Notes: a model not told the origin generated them from the letters alone. A DNA stretch of 64,000 bases from Candidatus Nomurabacteria bacterium (GCA_020631975.1 JACKGO010000008.1:8446-72445); one strand, 5' to 3'. Positions 9,847 to 19,410 are shown, counted from the stretch's first letter. Numbers and translations are program-made.

Positions 9847-10137
9847 GTGGTATCTATGAAGAAAGAACCATCTAATGCTTCTGGTAGAACCCTTTTTGCA
9901 TGGCGACGCACAGCACTTGCGTTAGTAGCAATAGCGGCTCTTGCTATGAAACTTGCTGGCATTACCCAGCAACCTATTGGCATCATTACGGCAACAATAG
10001 CACTCTTTTCTGCACTTGTTGTTGCGCACCTAAGCTCACCCAAACAAACCCCTCTGCATAGTTCATATGCACGCTTATGGTTGAGCGCCACATCAGTAGT
10101 GCTCGTAGCAATCAGTGCTTTGGTTTGTTTTTGGTAA
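9847..10137 (+). CDS. DUF202 (YidH-like) membrane protein, second copy
   Basis: Signature RTLFAWRRTALAL plus TM helices. Tandem with the previous DUF202 gene. Confidence 0.55.
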   Translation: MVSMKKEPSNASGRTLFAWRRTALALVAIAALAMKLAGITQQPIGIITATIALFSALVVAHLSSPKQTPLHSSYARLWLSATSVVLVAISALVCFW

Positions 10138-10642
10138 AAGGCTTTTTGTGGCTGCGTAAGTACGTACTACACTTTTCTATTAATTTGTCTTCCCTTTTTG
10201 GATTGTGTGATAATTTTTCTAACGCGTCAGTCGTGTCACACCACTCTTTAAAATCATGTTCAGCATCCATTGGGTCCGCCTCCGAAACATACTCCGCAGC
10301 ATAATAATGAATGATTTTTTCATAATGATGCCCATCAAGATCGTACGATGCACACACGCCACCTAAATATGTCTTTAATGCTACCTTTACCCCCGCCTCT
10401 TCTGTTATCTCTCGCAAAGCACACGCTTCAATAGGCTCATCAATATGTAGCGTACCCTTAGGGAGATGATAGGTCACCTCTGCATTCGCAGAAGTTCTTC
10501 CTAATAACAAAAATTGCACACCAGTATTGATGCGTTTATACACAACACCACCGGCGCCAATACCATAGTTATTCCGTGCTGTATATTGTGTTGTGTGGCT
10601 AGAAAGATGTGTCATATATTCTGTATCTTTATTATAGTTCAC
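10112..10642 (-). CDS. NUDIX hydrolase
   Basis: Nudix box GTLHIDEPIEACALREITEEAGV. The start overlaps the polA stop by 11 nt. Confidence 0.8.
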   Translation of the reverse strand: MNYNKDTEYMTHLSSHTTQYTARNNYGIGAGGVVYKRINTGVQFLLLGRTSANAEVTYHLPKGTLHIDEPIEACALREITEEAGVKVALKTYLGGVCASYDLDGHHYEKIIHYYAAEYVSEADPMDAEHDFKEWCDTTDALEKLSHNPKREDKLIEKCSTYLRSHKKPFTKNKPKH

Positions 10643-13238
10643 CCCAGTGCTTACCGGTCTTAACGTCCACTTTCAGGTTGATACCAAGCTGAGGATGAAT
10701 TGTTTCCATTGTTGATTTCATAATGTCTGCAGCTATACCAATATCGTTATCAAGAACTTCTACTAAAATACTGTCATGTATTTGCAGAAGCTGTTTGGCG
10801 GTTTTAGGCAAAGCGTTTTCTAGTTTAATCATGGCGAGTTTCATAATATCTGCTTCTGTACCTTGAATTGGCATATTCACCGCTTGGCGCTCGGCGCTCA
10901 TCCGAACAATAAAGTTGCTCGATGTTACATCTGGTGTTGGCCGGCGGCGGCCAAACAACGTCTCTACATATCCGTCTTCTTTTGCCTTTTTCTTAAGGCT
11001 TTCAATATAGCTTACGAGTGGCTGCCGAGCAGCAAAATATTTATCTATAAAATCTTTGGCATCATTCATAGTCATGCCCGTTGCCACACTTAGTCCGTGT
11101 GGGCTCATACCGTACAAAACACCAAAGTTAATCGTTTTTGCATTACTCCGCATTTCTGCTGTTACATCATCTAATGCAACACCGTACACTTCTGCGGCAG
11201 TTCTGGTATGTATATCTGCACCGCTATTAAACGCTTCTATCATGTCTGTGTCGCCGGCTAAAACAGCAGCCAAACGGAGTTCAAACTGGCTGTAATCTGC
11301 ACTAATAAAACTATGCCCTTGTTTCGCTACAAAAGCATGACGAATTTTTTTACCTATTTCGCTCCGTACCGGAATATTTTGTAAATTAGGGTCAGAGCTC
11401 GAAAGCCTACCAGTTTGTGCAATCGTCAAATGAAACGTAGTATGGATACGACCATCATCTGCAACTTGTAGCGGTAATGTATCTACGTATGTACTCTTTA
11501 GCTTAGTGTATTCACGGTATTTGCTAATCACAGGCACTATAGGGTGGTAACCGACGAGCTTTGCCAGCTCACTTGCAGCTGTACTATAGCCAGTTTTGCC
11601 CTTTTTTATACCTTGCGCGGGTAAACCAAGTGTTTCAAATAGTACTTCTGCAAGCTGTTGCGGGCTACTAATATTAAACTCTTGACCGGCAAACCCATAT
11701 ATCGTCTGTTCTAGATCACTAATGATATCTTCAAACTCCCGCTGCATAACACGAAGGTATGGTATGTCTAGCTGAATCCCTTCGCATTCCATAGAAGCTA
11801 AAATTGGTATCATCGGCCATTCCATAGTTTGTACCACTCTATGCAGTGCGCCTATGCTACTAAGTTGTTCGTTTTGGCGCACCGTAAGTTCAAGTATTGC
11901 ACCAACAATATCAGCAGCATATACTCCTATATCTTCTGGTGGAATATCTTGCAAATTCGGTATATCTATACCAAGCTCCCGTTGTGATATCGCATGCAAA
12001 TCAAATGGCGATTGCAAAGAATTCAAAACAAATGCTGCCACTTTCACGTCGTGCTCTACGGACGTATGTACACCATTTTGAAGCAAATGACTTACCACAC
12101 GCTTGGTGTCGTAACCACTCACAACGCACCCCTCTAATTGTTTTTTTACTACTCCATTTAGTTGCTTGTGTGGTTCGTCTAGTATGGTAATGTGCGTGTC
12201 GTTAGCAATCACGAGTGCTTGGCAGTTGGTATTATGAATATCGGTGAAAAACCCTACAATACACAGTTGTTTTTGCCATACAAAGTCGGCGAGTTTCACG
12301 TATGGTAGGGCCCGAATTTCAAAGTTGGCATCTGCATTATCAGACACAACATCAGCGAGTTCTGGCATTTGGCGAATCAACGATCTAAATTCTAGCTTTT
12401 CTAGCACGCCTTTTAAGCGCGGGGCATCAAACTTGCTTACGTCTGTGGCATGCAAGTCTAACTCAATTGGTGCGTCGATATACAAGCGTGCAAGCTCTTT
12501 GCTCATGTATGCGCTGTCTTTGCCTGCCACAAGTTTATCGTGCACACTCCCGTTAATAAGATCGATATTTTCGTATACACCATCTAACGTTTCATATTTC
12601 TGGAGCAAACTCGTTGCCGTCTTTTCGCCCACGCCAGGAACGCCTGGAATATTATCAGAAGAGTCACCCTGTAGTGCTTTAAGGTCAAGGAACTGGCTTG
12701 TTTTGAGACCATATTTTGCCGTAAAGCTTTCTGGGTGAAATTCTTCTATGTTACTTAAGCCTTTTTTGAGTGCATATACTTTCACTAGCTCGTCAACACA
12801 CTGCAAGGCGTCTAGATCGCTCGTTACAAGTACCGTTTCTATACCCTGCGCAGTTGCTTTTTTTGCGAGCCCTGCCATTATATCGTCAGCTTCATAATCA
12901 TCTAGTTCATAAAGTGGCCAGCCAAGTGCTTCTAGTAGCTCATGTAGGATTGGTATTTGCACGTAAAAATCAGCTGGGGCCGGTTTACGCCCAGCTTTGT
13001 ACTTTGGATATATGTCTAATCTTTTGCGAATATTCGTTTTGGGTTTATCCCATGCAACAACCACATAATCGGGCTGTAAACGCTTCATAACTTCTAAACT
13101 TAGCGTCGCAAATCCAAAAACACCACCCGTTGGCACACCATCTTTTGTGCTCAAATTTGGCATGGCATAATAGCCTCTGTAAAAAACAGATTTACCATCA
13201 ATAATGACTAATCGTTTGCGGGGTTTGCCATCTGCCAT
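10632..13238 (-). CDS. polA: DNA polymerase I
   Basis: 868-aa ORF with a 5'-nuclease domain (GYYAMP, SSDNIPGVPGVGEKTA). Pol A motifs are DYSQFELRLAA, RSNAKTINFGVLYG and QIHDSILVE. Confidence 0.95.
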   Translation of the reverse strand: MADGKPRKRLVIIDGKSVFYRGYYAMPNLSTKDGVPTGGVFGFATLSLEVMKRLQPDYVVVAWDKPKTNIRKRLDIYPKYKAGRKPAPADFYVQIPILHELLEALGWPLYELDDYEADDIMAGLAKKATAQGIETVLVTSDLDALQCVDELVKVYALKKGLSNIEEFHPESFTAKYGLKTSQFLDLKALQGDSSDNIPGVPGVGEKTATSLLQKYETLDGVYENIDLINGSVHDKLVAGKDSAYMSKELARLYIDAPIELDLHATDVSKFDAPRLKGVLEKLEFRSLIRQMPELADVVSDNADANFEIRALPYVKLADFVWQKQLCIVGFFTDIHNTNCQALVIANDTHITILDEPHKQLNGVVKKQLEGCVVSGYDTKRVVSHLLQNGVHTSVEHDVKVAAFVLNSLQSPFDLHAISQRELGIDIPNLQDIPPEDIGVYAADIVGAILELTVRQNEQLSSIGALHRVVQTMEWPMIPILASMECEGIQLDIPYLRVMQREFEDIISDLEQTIYGFAGQEFNISSPQQLAEVLFETLGLPAQGIKKGKTGYSTAASELAKLVGYHPIVPVISKYREYTKLKSTYVDTLPLQVADDGRIHTTFHLTIAQTGRLSSSDPNLQNIPVRSEIGKKIRHAFVAKQGHSFISADYSQFELRLAAVLAGDTDMIEAFNSGADIHTRTAAEVYGVALDDVTAEMRSNAKTINFGVLYGMSPHGLSVATGMTMNDAKDFIDKYFAARQPLVSYIESLKKKAKEDGYVETLFGRRRPTPDVTSSNFIVRMSAERQAVNMPIQGTEADIMKLAMIKLENALPKTAKQLLQIHDSILVEVLDNDIGIAADIMKSTMETIHPQLGINLKVDVKTGKHWGEL

Positions 13239-13306
13239 AACACCTATCTTCCTTGGTATACCATAAAGTATACGCGCTCCGACAGATTATGAACAGCGGT
13301 CGTAAT

Positions 13307-14596
13307 CTATTGCGTAGCTTGGGTTGTGGCAAGTGTTTGGGCTTGGTTCGCTTGCGTTTGTTGGGCAGATTGTGGGGGTACTGCCGTAATTGCCTGTTGT
13401 CTTGGCACTAATGAAGGATCAATTTTTTGGTACTCTACCGGGTTAATCACAAGTGCAACGACTTGGGGTTGCTGGTTCATTAATGCACGATACACATTTG
13501 CAGCTACCTCATCTATATTTGCTACTATATACCCGCTTTTACCAGCCTGTACACTTTGTGTGCCATCTGCGTTGGTAACAATCTGCTCTGCTACGGGTTC
13601 TGTACTGTATTTTTTTGTAGCTTCAAATACATACTCGCGTACTTTTGTTTGTGAAAACTGTATCTGCACTTCATTGCTGCCGGGTATTTGCTTAATCTCG
13701 AGCCATGAAAGCTTTTGGTCATCGGTTGGCCGAATAACTGTATTGTATGCTTTTATACCAATGTTCGTAGCAATCAATTTACGGGCTGTGTCTATATCGT
13801 CTTGTAAATCTGCTTGGGTAATAGATGGCTTATCTGTCACTGCACTAAGACTCACCGTTGGGTCGTCTAGGGTTGGTAATTGTTTTTGTAATTGTTCTGT
13901 CACATATGCAGAGCTTGTTCTAAAACCAGTGGTTTCTGGAACTATCACCAAATCTTTTTTGGCCTTCACGATTTCTGCATTTTCAGCATCTGTCTGCATG
14001 TTTGCCACATGTAACCGCAAATAACCATCTACGTAGCGTTCGTTCACCTGCACCGGTACCGTCACAGTACGTTTTGTTAAGTAACTAAACGGGTTAAACC
14101 CTGTAATTGCATCTTCGCTTGCTTTTTGGGTATCAAACTGAGCCCCAAATTGTTTTACCGGTACGTCGCGTACTAGACCGCCTTCTGTTAGTGTTACACG
14201 GATCTCTTCTGCTCGTTTATCTAGAGCCGCTTTAATTTCTGGTTGCGTGAGCCCACCAATAGAAATATCACCAACGTAGGTATACGGCAATGCCTTGCCC
14301 GCGTAACGCTCATTCAACACATAGCCAATGACCCCAAGTAGTAACAATAGCAATAAAATACCAATACCAAAAAAAGCCACTCCTTTAAGAGCTCTTCTTT
14401 TTATCTGTGAGCGTTTATATGTTTTTGCTCCTACCTTAAAATCCGGGGCGCTCTTTGGCTGTACAGAGCCAAATGGCCGCGGGGGCGAAACCAGCGGCAT
14501 ATCAGCAACTACCGACGCATGGGTGTTTACAGCTGCGGGGGCTGCAAAATTGCGTTGGTATGCAGATAGCCGTGGACGTATGTGCGATTTGTCCAC
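13307..14596 (-). CDS. membrane-anchored protein with a YoaR/VanW-N-like putative peptidoglycan-binding segment
   Basis: 429-aa ORF with one TM helix (FFGIGILLLLLLLGVIGYVL). It is followed by GDISIGGLTQPEIKAALDKRAEEI, typical of PG_binding_4-like regions. The tail is Q/A/T-rich. Confidence 0.45.
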   Translation of the reverse strand: MDKSHIRPRLSAYQRNFAAPAAVNTHASVVADMPLVSPPRPFGSVQPKSAPDFKVGAKTYKRSQIKRRALKGVAFFGIGILLLLLLLGVIGYVLNERYAGKALPYTYVGDISIGGLTQPEIKAALDKRAEEIRVTLTEGGLVRDVPVKQFGAQFDTQKASEDAITGFNPFSYLTKRTVTVPVQVNERYVDGYLRLHVANMQTDAENAEIVKAKKDLVIVPETTGFRTSSAYVTEQLQKQLPTLDDPTVSLSAVTDKPSITQADLQDDIDTARKLIATNIGIKAYNTVIRPTDDQKLSWLEIKQIPGSNEVQIQFSQTKVREYVFEATKKYSTEPVAEQIVTNADGTQSVQAGKSGYIVANIDEVAANVYRALMNQQPQVVALVINPVEYQKIDPSLVPRQQAITAVPPQSAQQTQANQAQTLATTQATQ

Positions 14597-14704
14597 GAAT
14601 TACCTCTTTTTTTACATTTTGTCTTGGTGTTCTTTTGTGCGAGCGTTTTGTTTTTTACGCTATATACCCTTCTAGCATAACCATTATTTGCATTCACGTC
14701 AAAT

Positions 14705-14727
14705 AAAAAACGCCCCGTGTGAGACGC
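14705..14727 (-). terminator. Rho-independent terminator after the 296-aa ORF
   Basis: The minus strand reads CGUCUC-ACAC-GGGGCG (6 bp including G:U pairs) followed by UUUUUU. Confidence 0.5.
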
Positions 14728-14784
14728 TTTTTAATTGTGCATATATATTTTTCGTATATTCAACAGAATTTTCTGGTATGTATA

Positions 14785-15675
14785 CTACTGCGTTTGCCGT
14801 TTTAGCTCTTGCAAGTTACGGCCTATGATGCCAACTGCTGTTAAAGGATTTTGGGCTTCTGCAGGTGGCTCATCGTTTTCTGCAACCGGGAATGTATCGC
14901 TTACTACAAAAACCTTATTTTTATCTTCATCCATCGCTCTTCTTATCTGACCTGCATTTTGTATCCAATTACCTGCATTACAGGCAACAAGCACAGATTC
15001 TGCACCTTTTGTGATCTTTGCCACTTCGGCAGAAATTTCATTACCGCTGGTAGTCTCTGGAGTAGACAAATCCACTGTTACGTTTGTTGATGATTCTATC
15101 AAAGGCTTAATGACGCGCTCCATGTAGCTCGCTTCTGTGTCGCCTTCAAGAACATCGCTACCTTCAGCTGTGCGCATTTCACGCATTCCGGCAACTAGAT
15201 TAACTTCTAAAATCTCAGTACCATTTTGTAGTGTTTCTATAAGTACTTTTGCCCTACGCATCATCCAATTACGAACACCCCCAGTAATAACTGCGGTTTC
15301 AAATAAGTGAGGTACTAATCGGTCTGGATTTTCATAATTGCGAAAAGATGGTTCTAAAAGACCCGACTGTTTCACCCATTCAATCGCAAATCTTTTGCCA
15401 TCCACACCTGGTAGTATTTCTTCCATGGCAGGAATATTGTCTTGCAGTGTTTTTGCTGGACCTACAATCGAAATAAGCTCACCAAGCGATGCAACATCCC
15501 ATCCATTTTCGGGCTTTTCTACACCAAATACTTTAGCAAGCTCATCAACTATTGGACCATCGATACCTGCAATCTGCTCGATACGGTGTCTGTTAATATC
15601 AAATGAGTTAAATGGTATTAATTTAGTCGGATCTGTTTCGTGAAATGGTGCCTGCTCATGGTTATTTTGTGTCAT
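14785..15675 (-). CDS. hypothetical protein (296 aa; possible distant paralog of 17784..18674)
   Basis: SD AAGAAAGGAAT lies upstream and the gene has its own promoter-leader module at 15676..15763. It has the same length as 17784..18674 and shares a loose GGV...R / LVxGxR pattern with it. Confidence 0.55.
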   Translation of the reverse strand: MTQNNHEQAPFHETDPTKLIPFNSFDINRHRIEQIAGIDGPIVDELAKVFGVEKPENGWDVASLGELISIVGPAKTLQDNIPAMEEILPGVDGKRFAIEWVKQSGLLEPSFRNYENPDRLVPHLFETAVITGGVRNWMMRRAKVLIETLQNGTEILEVNLVAGMREMRTAEGSDVLEGDTEASYMERVIKPLIESSTNVTVDLSTPETTSGNEISAEVAKITKGAESVLVACNAGNWIQNAGQIRRAMDEDKNKVFVVSDTFPVAENDEPPAEAQNPLTAVGIIGRNLQELKRQTQ

Positions 15676-15740
15676 CGTTATATTCCTTTCTTAACTTATG
15701 ATTTAGTTTTTTATTTTGTTACAGTTAATTATTAATATAT

Positions 15741-15763
15741 CACACTTATGCTTATTTGTCAAT
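15741..15763 (-). promoter_or_regulatory. sigma-70-type promoter of 14785..15675
   Basis: Minus strand: TTGACA - 17 nt (AATAAGCATAAGTGTGA) - TATATT. It lies inside the 3' end of the upstream ORF and is followed by the AATTAAC...AAAAAAC leader seen at other orphan genes. Confidence 0.5.
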
Positions 15764-16450
15764 TTCATTGATTAATCCACTTGCGTAGTCAATTGCCCAC
15801 TGTGCAGCATCACGCACATTTGGGTCCTGCATATTATACCTATAGCCCCTAGGAACTCCATTGATACGGTGGGGTAATAGCCACGTACTGCTACCTTCTG
15901 GGTATACCATCAGTCTTTTAGGACTACTATACTTACCCAGCACAGCTACTATACCTAAACTTTTTAGCACAATATCACTATGCCCATGCCCTAGCTCGGG
16001 CATGCTCGACATCGTTTCTTGCATAGCTGTCATAATACTACCTCTTGCTAAGCGCCTGTGTTGCTCTACAACACTATTTCGTCGTGCGTACGTTAAGGCA
16101 CTGGCACCTTGCGTGGGGTCATCCGATGGTTCGTGCTCTTCTAGCGCAGACAAAAATGTAGATACTGCTGGGTCATTCTGATTATGTCTTAGCTCATCAT
16201 TTGTCATTAAAAAGAAAGATCTCGGCTGTATACGTAACCCATGGGTCAGCATCGCAAAATATTGATCATGAACTGTAACTTCATATGGTTCTATAGCTGT
16301 TTCTTGCACATAAGGCCTATCGGGGCTTACCCGCGTAGCAAGCTCATAGACAGCTTCGTATAGTTCGTTGCCAAGTCTATCTGAACCTATGCCAATATCG
16401 TGGCCATTAAATATGATCCCGTTAGGGTCTCTTTCTCTTCTTTTAGCCAT
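15752..16450 (-). CDS. hypothetical protein
   Basis: 232-aa ORF. Its start overlaps the stop of the 83-aa ORF by 8 nt, suggesting translational coupling. Confidence 0.5.
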   Translation of the reverse strand: MAKRRERDPNGIIFNGHDIGIGSDRLGNELYEAVYELATRVSPDRPYVQETAIEPYEVTVHDQYFAMLTHGLRIQPRSFFLMTNDELRHNQNDPAVSTFLSALEEHEPSDDPTQGASALTYARRNSVVEQHRRLARGSIMTAMQETMSSMPELGHGHSDIVLKSLGIVAVLGKYSSPKRLMVYPEGSSTWLLPHRINGVPRGYRYNMQDPNVRDAAQWAIDYASGLINEIDK

Positions 16451-16694
16451 CTATTCCACTTTCGTTTTCTGTAGCAATATTTCCGAGATCTTTAAGTACG
16501 GTCATGACGGTATATCTTTCAATATCGCCAGCACCTTCAAAAGGTGCGTCGTCTAAGCCTTCTTCCGCATTTAATTGTTGCGCTCGCGTGAGTGCGTCAT
16601 CCCTTGAACCATAAGTTTCAACTAAGCGTGTTTCGGGTACGCCAGAGTTTGTTAGTTCGTAGTAAACGCCAAATTGTTCGTTGCGTTTGTTCAT
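16443..16694 (-). CDS. small acidic hypothetical protein
   Basis: 83-aa ORF whose start lies 2 nt after the stop of the upstream 44-aa ORF. Confidence 0.45.
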   Translation of the reverse strand: MNKRNEQFGVYYELTNSGVPETRLVETYGSRDDALTRAQQLNAEEGLDDAPFEGAGDIERYTVMTVLKDLGNIATENESGIDG

Positions 16695-16696
16695 AA

Positions 16697-16831
16697 TTAT
16701 TCTCCTAATAATACTTTTAGTAATTCGTTTTCGGTTTTTAGGTTTTCATTTTCTACACGCAGGGCCTCTACTATTTCATAGAGTGTTTCACTACTGGTGA
16801 TTGCAGCGTCTGCAATTGTTGCGCCTTTCAT
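16697..16831 (-). CDS. 44-aa coiled-coil-like small protein (not in the ORF track)
   Basis: ATG at 16831 is preceded by AGGAG 7 nt upstream. Translation: MKGATIADAAITSSETLYEIVEALRVENENLKTENELLKVLLGE. It is the first cistron downstream of a consensus promoter. Confidence 0.4.
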   Translation of the reverse strand: MKGATIADAAITSSETLYEIVEALRVENENLKTENELLKVLLGE

Positions 16832-16874
16832 ACAAAAACTCCTTTATAAACCGATTAGTAATATAGTATTACGC

Positions 16875-16903
16875 ATTATATACAATTTTTGTACTTATGT
16901 CAA
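16875..16903 (-). promoter_or_regulatory. consensus sigma-70 promoter of the 44aa-83aa-232aa operon
   Basis: Minus strand: TTGACA - 17 nt - TATAAT, both hexamers perfect. Confidence 0.6.
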
Positions 16904-16920
16904 TAGTATTTTCACTATTG
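16901..16920. promoter_or_regulatory. inverted repeat CAATAGT-N6-ACTATTG between divergent promoters
   Basis: A perfect 7-bp-arm palindrome that overlaps the -35 of the minus-strand promoter. It is a candidate operator for the adjacent TrmB-like regulator. Confidence 0.35.
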
Positions 16921-16963
16921 TTTTAATTTATTTATCTGTTTTTTTATAATTGTGAATTATTAT

Positions 16964-16992
16964 TTCACATTTTAGGTTTTTTGTGCTATACT
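16964..16992 (+). promoter_or_regulatory. promoter of the TrmB-like regulator (leaderless configuration)
   Basis: TTCACA - 17 nt - TGcTATACT (extended -10). The ATG at 16999 starts 6 nt after the -10 hexamer. Confidence 0.5.
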
Positions 16993-16998
16993 ACTTGC

Positions 16999-17787
16999 AT
17001 GATAAATTTAAGCGCTGCAGGTCTTAACCCAACAGAGGCACACGTATACCAAGTATTGCTCTCTAAAAAAGAGTGGAAGCCAGCCGACCTTGCCAAAAAC
17101 GTCGGCGAATCACGCACAAATATGTACAAAATACTAGATAAATTAACAGCTCTAGAGCTAGCTATTAAGTTTGATAAAAGCAATAAAATCCATTACAGAG
17201 CCACCAACCCCACGCGCTTGGTACAGCTTGCGCAAGAACATCGCGCGCAGTTAGAGCAATCACAAAAAGAACTAGAAACCAGCACCCAATCACTACTTAA
17301 TGAGTTTATTAAAACGCACGAACAGCCCGGTGTACGTTTCTTTATGGGTAAAGATGATATAGAACGTGTTTACCAAGACCAAGTAAACGATCAAAAACCT
17401 ATCTATTTTATGCTTTCACCTAAAGCGATTGATTTTTATGGATATGCGCAGATGCATAAACTCCGTATGCTTGCGGTTAAAGCCAAAATACCTCGCTTTG
17501 CAATAACTCCAGAAAATACACGTGTGCCTAGTAATTATGAAGAAACAGATAAAGCATACTTATTAACTAGAACGTGGTTAGAAGCAAATGACTACACCGC
17601 TTCGTTTGAATGGGGGGTGTATGGGGATAAAGTCTACTTTGTTACATTTGGAGAAGACGCATTGGCAATGATAATAGAAAGTAAAGCTATGGCAGAAGGA
17701 TTTAAACAAATTTTTAGCATTATTGATTCTAGACAGCGCAGCAAACCAAGTTATGCACGCCTACCAAAAACCTATAAATATGCTTAA
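16999..17787 (+). CDS. TrmB-family-like HTH transcriptional regulator (paralog 1)
   Basis: The N-terminal winged-HTH pattern LNPTEAHVYQVLLSKKEWKPADLAKNVGESRTNMYKILDKLTALELAI matches the TrmB HTH family. The C-terminal YGDKVYFVTFGEDALAMIIES is shared with 34926..35714. The ATG at 16999 is preferred over the TTG at 16981 used in the ORF track. Confidence 0.6.
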   Translation: MINLSAAGLNPTEAHVYQVLLSKKEWKPADLAKNVGESRTNMYKILDKLTALELAIKFDKSNKIHYRATNPTRLVQLAQEHRAQLEQSQKELETSTQSLLNEFIKTHEQPGVRFFMGKDDIERVYQDQVNDQKPIYFMLSPKAIDFYGYAQMHKLRMLAVKAKIPRFAITPENTRVPSNYEETDKAYLLTRTWLEANDYTASFEWGVYGDKVYFVTFGEDALAMIIESKAMAEGFKQIFSIIDSRQRSKPSYARLPKTYKYA

Positions 17788-18674
17788 TTTAATTCTTGTA
17801 AAACGCTTTCACTAAATATAATTCGTCCTAATTCACCATAGGCACGCCTTACGAGCAAGTTGGGAGTAGCTGCAGGTCCACAGCTTTCTACATCAAATGA
17901 ACGACCGGAATGTCTTATTACAGATAGAACATCTTGTGTAGTCCTGTGTATATATGGATTACCTGATACAAATAACACTCTTGCGCCATCTTCTATATTA
18001 TCCTGCGTTAACCAATCTAGCGTTGTAGAAGCCGTCGTGTGTCTTGGTGCGCCTTGAGGGCGCGATACAGCATTAGCATTAATGACATTAAACACCTCTT
18101 TATCACTACGTAATACTCGTTTACTCACTAAATTGTGACTCTTTGGCAAGAGCCCGAGGCGCAAATGTACCTGAGAAAGTATTAAGTTGCCAAAATGCGC
18201 CACAGCCGCCTCTCGCAAGCTGTCTGACTCTGTAAGCATACTTTCACCGTTGCTTGTTTCGCCCTCTTGAATAGGTCTTGTGCCACCAAGCAGTACTATA
18301 CTTTGTTCACTAAATAGCTCAATCTTGTTAGACTCTATCTGCTCATACACAAATTTTAACCTATCTAGATTACTGGAATGCACACCACCTAGTACCAATA
18401 CTCGATCATATGTACCACCGGTTGGATATACGGCTTGCGTCATACCCATATTTTCAAATATATGCAAAGCTTGTATCTGGTCTTCTGCAGAAAGGTGTAA
18501 TAGTGTTTCAGGATGAAAATGATCACCACGTACGAGTGGCTGCGTTGCGGACACTAAATCATCACCTGGCTCAATTAGTATGCCGGCAATGTCCAGTAAA
18601 CGAGATATTTCTTCAGAGTACTGCTGAGTGAACGCTGAACTGTTTATATCGTGAGCTTCGGGGCTCGGTTTCAT
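17784..18674 (-). CDS. hypothetical protein (296 aa; loose DUF218/YdcF-like pattern)
   Basis: VLVLGGV...R, IVLLGGTRP and VLFVSGNPYIHRTTQDV are reminiscent of the DUF218 fold. The promoter places the ATG 6 nt after the -10 hexamer. Confidence 0.5.
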   Translation of the reverse strand: MKPSPEAHDINSSAFTQQYSEEISRLLDIAGILIEPGDDLVSATQPLVRGDHFHPETLLHLSAEDQIQALHIFENMGMTQAVYPTGGTYDRVLVLGGVHSSNLDRLKFVYEQIESNKIELFSEQSIVLLGGTRPIQEGETSNGESMLTESDSLREAAVAHFGNLILSQVHLRLGLLPKSHNLVSKRVLRSDKEVFNVINANAVSRPQGAPRHTTASTTLDWLTQDNIEDGARVLFVSGNPYIHRTTQDVLSVIRHSGRSFDVESCGPAATPNLLVRRAYGELGRIIFSESVLQELN

Positions 18675-18680
18675 ATATAA

Positions 18681-18709
18681 AATATAGCAGATTTTTGCTT
18701 TTTTGTCAA
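18681..18709 (-). promoter_or_regulatory. promoter of 17784..18674 (leaderless configuration)
   Basis: Minus strand: TTGACA - AAAAAGCAAAAATCTGC - TATATT - 6 nt - ATG. Confidence 0.55.
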
Positions 18710-18726
18710 TGTTTGGTCTTTTGTAG

Positions 18727-19410
18727 TTATTTGACTATTCTGGGCTGATCTACAAATGTGTAAACTAGCAAAAACAGATTAATAAAGGCAAAGTTAAACA
18801 AAAAATCTTCTATTGGTATATCGCCAATTTTAAAGCCAATAATAGCATCTGGGCCATAAGTAATAATAGGCAACATTGTAAGAAGTGAATTAAATACTAA
18901 AAAGAGCCCAAGGAGCACAACCTGAAACGTCCAAAATCGCCACGTATAGGCAATACGTGAAACCGCTGCCACTAAAACAGCAATAATAGCTGCAATTGCA
19001 ACCGAGCGTGTATAGCCATTACCCCAGTAATTCACCAGTAACCATACCGAATACCCTGCCGTGATACCAAAAGCCAATAGTGGAAAGAAGCCAGCCGTAG
19101 CGCGGTCGGTAACATATTTTTTGACCACTCCCCAAACATAAATCATCGCGAATGGCACAGTAATAAAGAATAAATATTCTTCTAGTGGTACACCAAACAG
19201 GTACGGCCCTGTAATGTAGGCCACGTTAAAGCCCCAGTGACCCGCTTGCGCTGCCCATATGTCCCACAGCATAAACGGTACGCTCACTAATAAAAATCCA
19301 GCTAACAAGCCACGTACGTGACGGTGTGGCTTTACATCTGTCGTAAAGCTCAGTACCAAAACTGGCAAAAAAACCAGTAGATTAAATAAGTAATATGTAA
19401 ATTCACGCAT
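18727..19410 (-). CDS. lycopene cyclase domain protein (fused CrtYc/Yd type)
   Basis: 227-aa polytopic membrane protein with two copies of the PxE(E/D) motif (VPLEEYLFF and IPIEDFLFN). It overlaps crtB by 8 nt. Confidence 0.75.
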   Translation of the reverse strand: MREFTYYLFNLLVFLPVLVLSFTTDVKPHRHVRGLLAGFLLVSVPFMLWDIWAAQAGHWGFNVAYITGPYLFGVPLEEYLFFITVPFAMIYVWGVVKKYVTDRATAGFFPLLAFGITAGYSVWLLVNYWGNGYTRSVAIAAIIAVLVAAVSRIAYTWRFWTFQVVLLGLFLVFNSLLTMLPIITYGPDAIIGFKIGDIPIEDFLFNFAFINLFLLVYTFVDQPRIVK

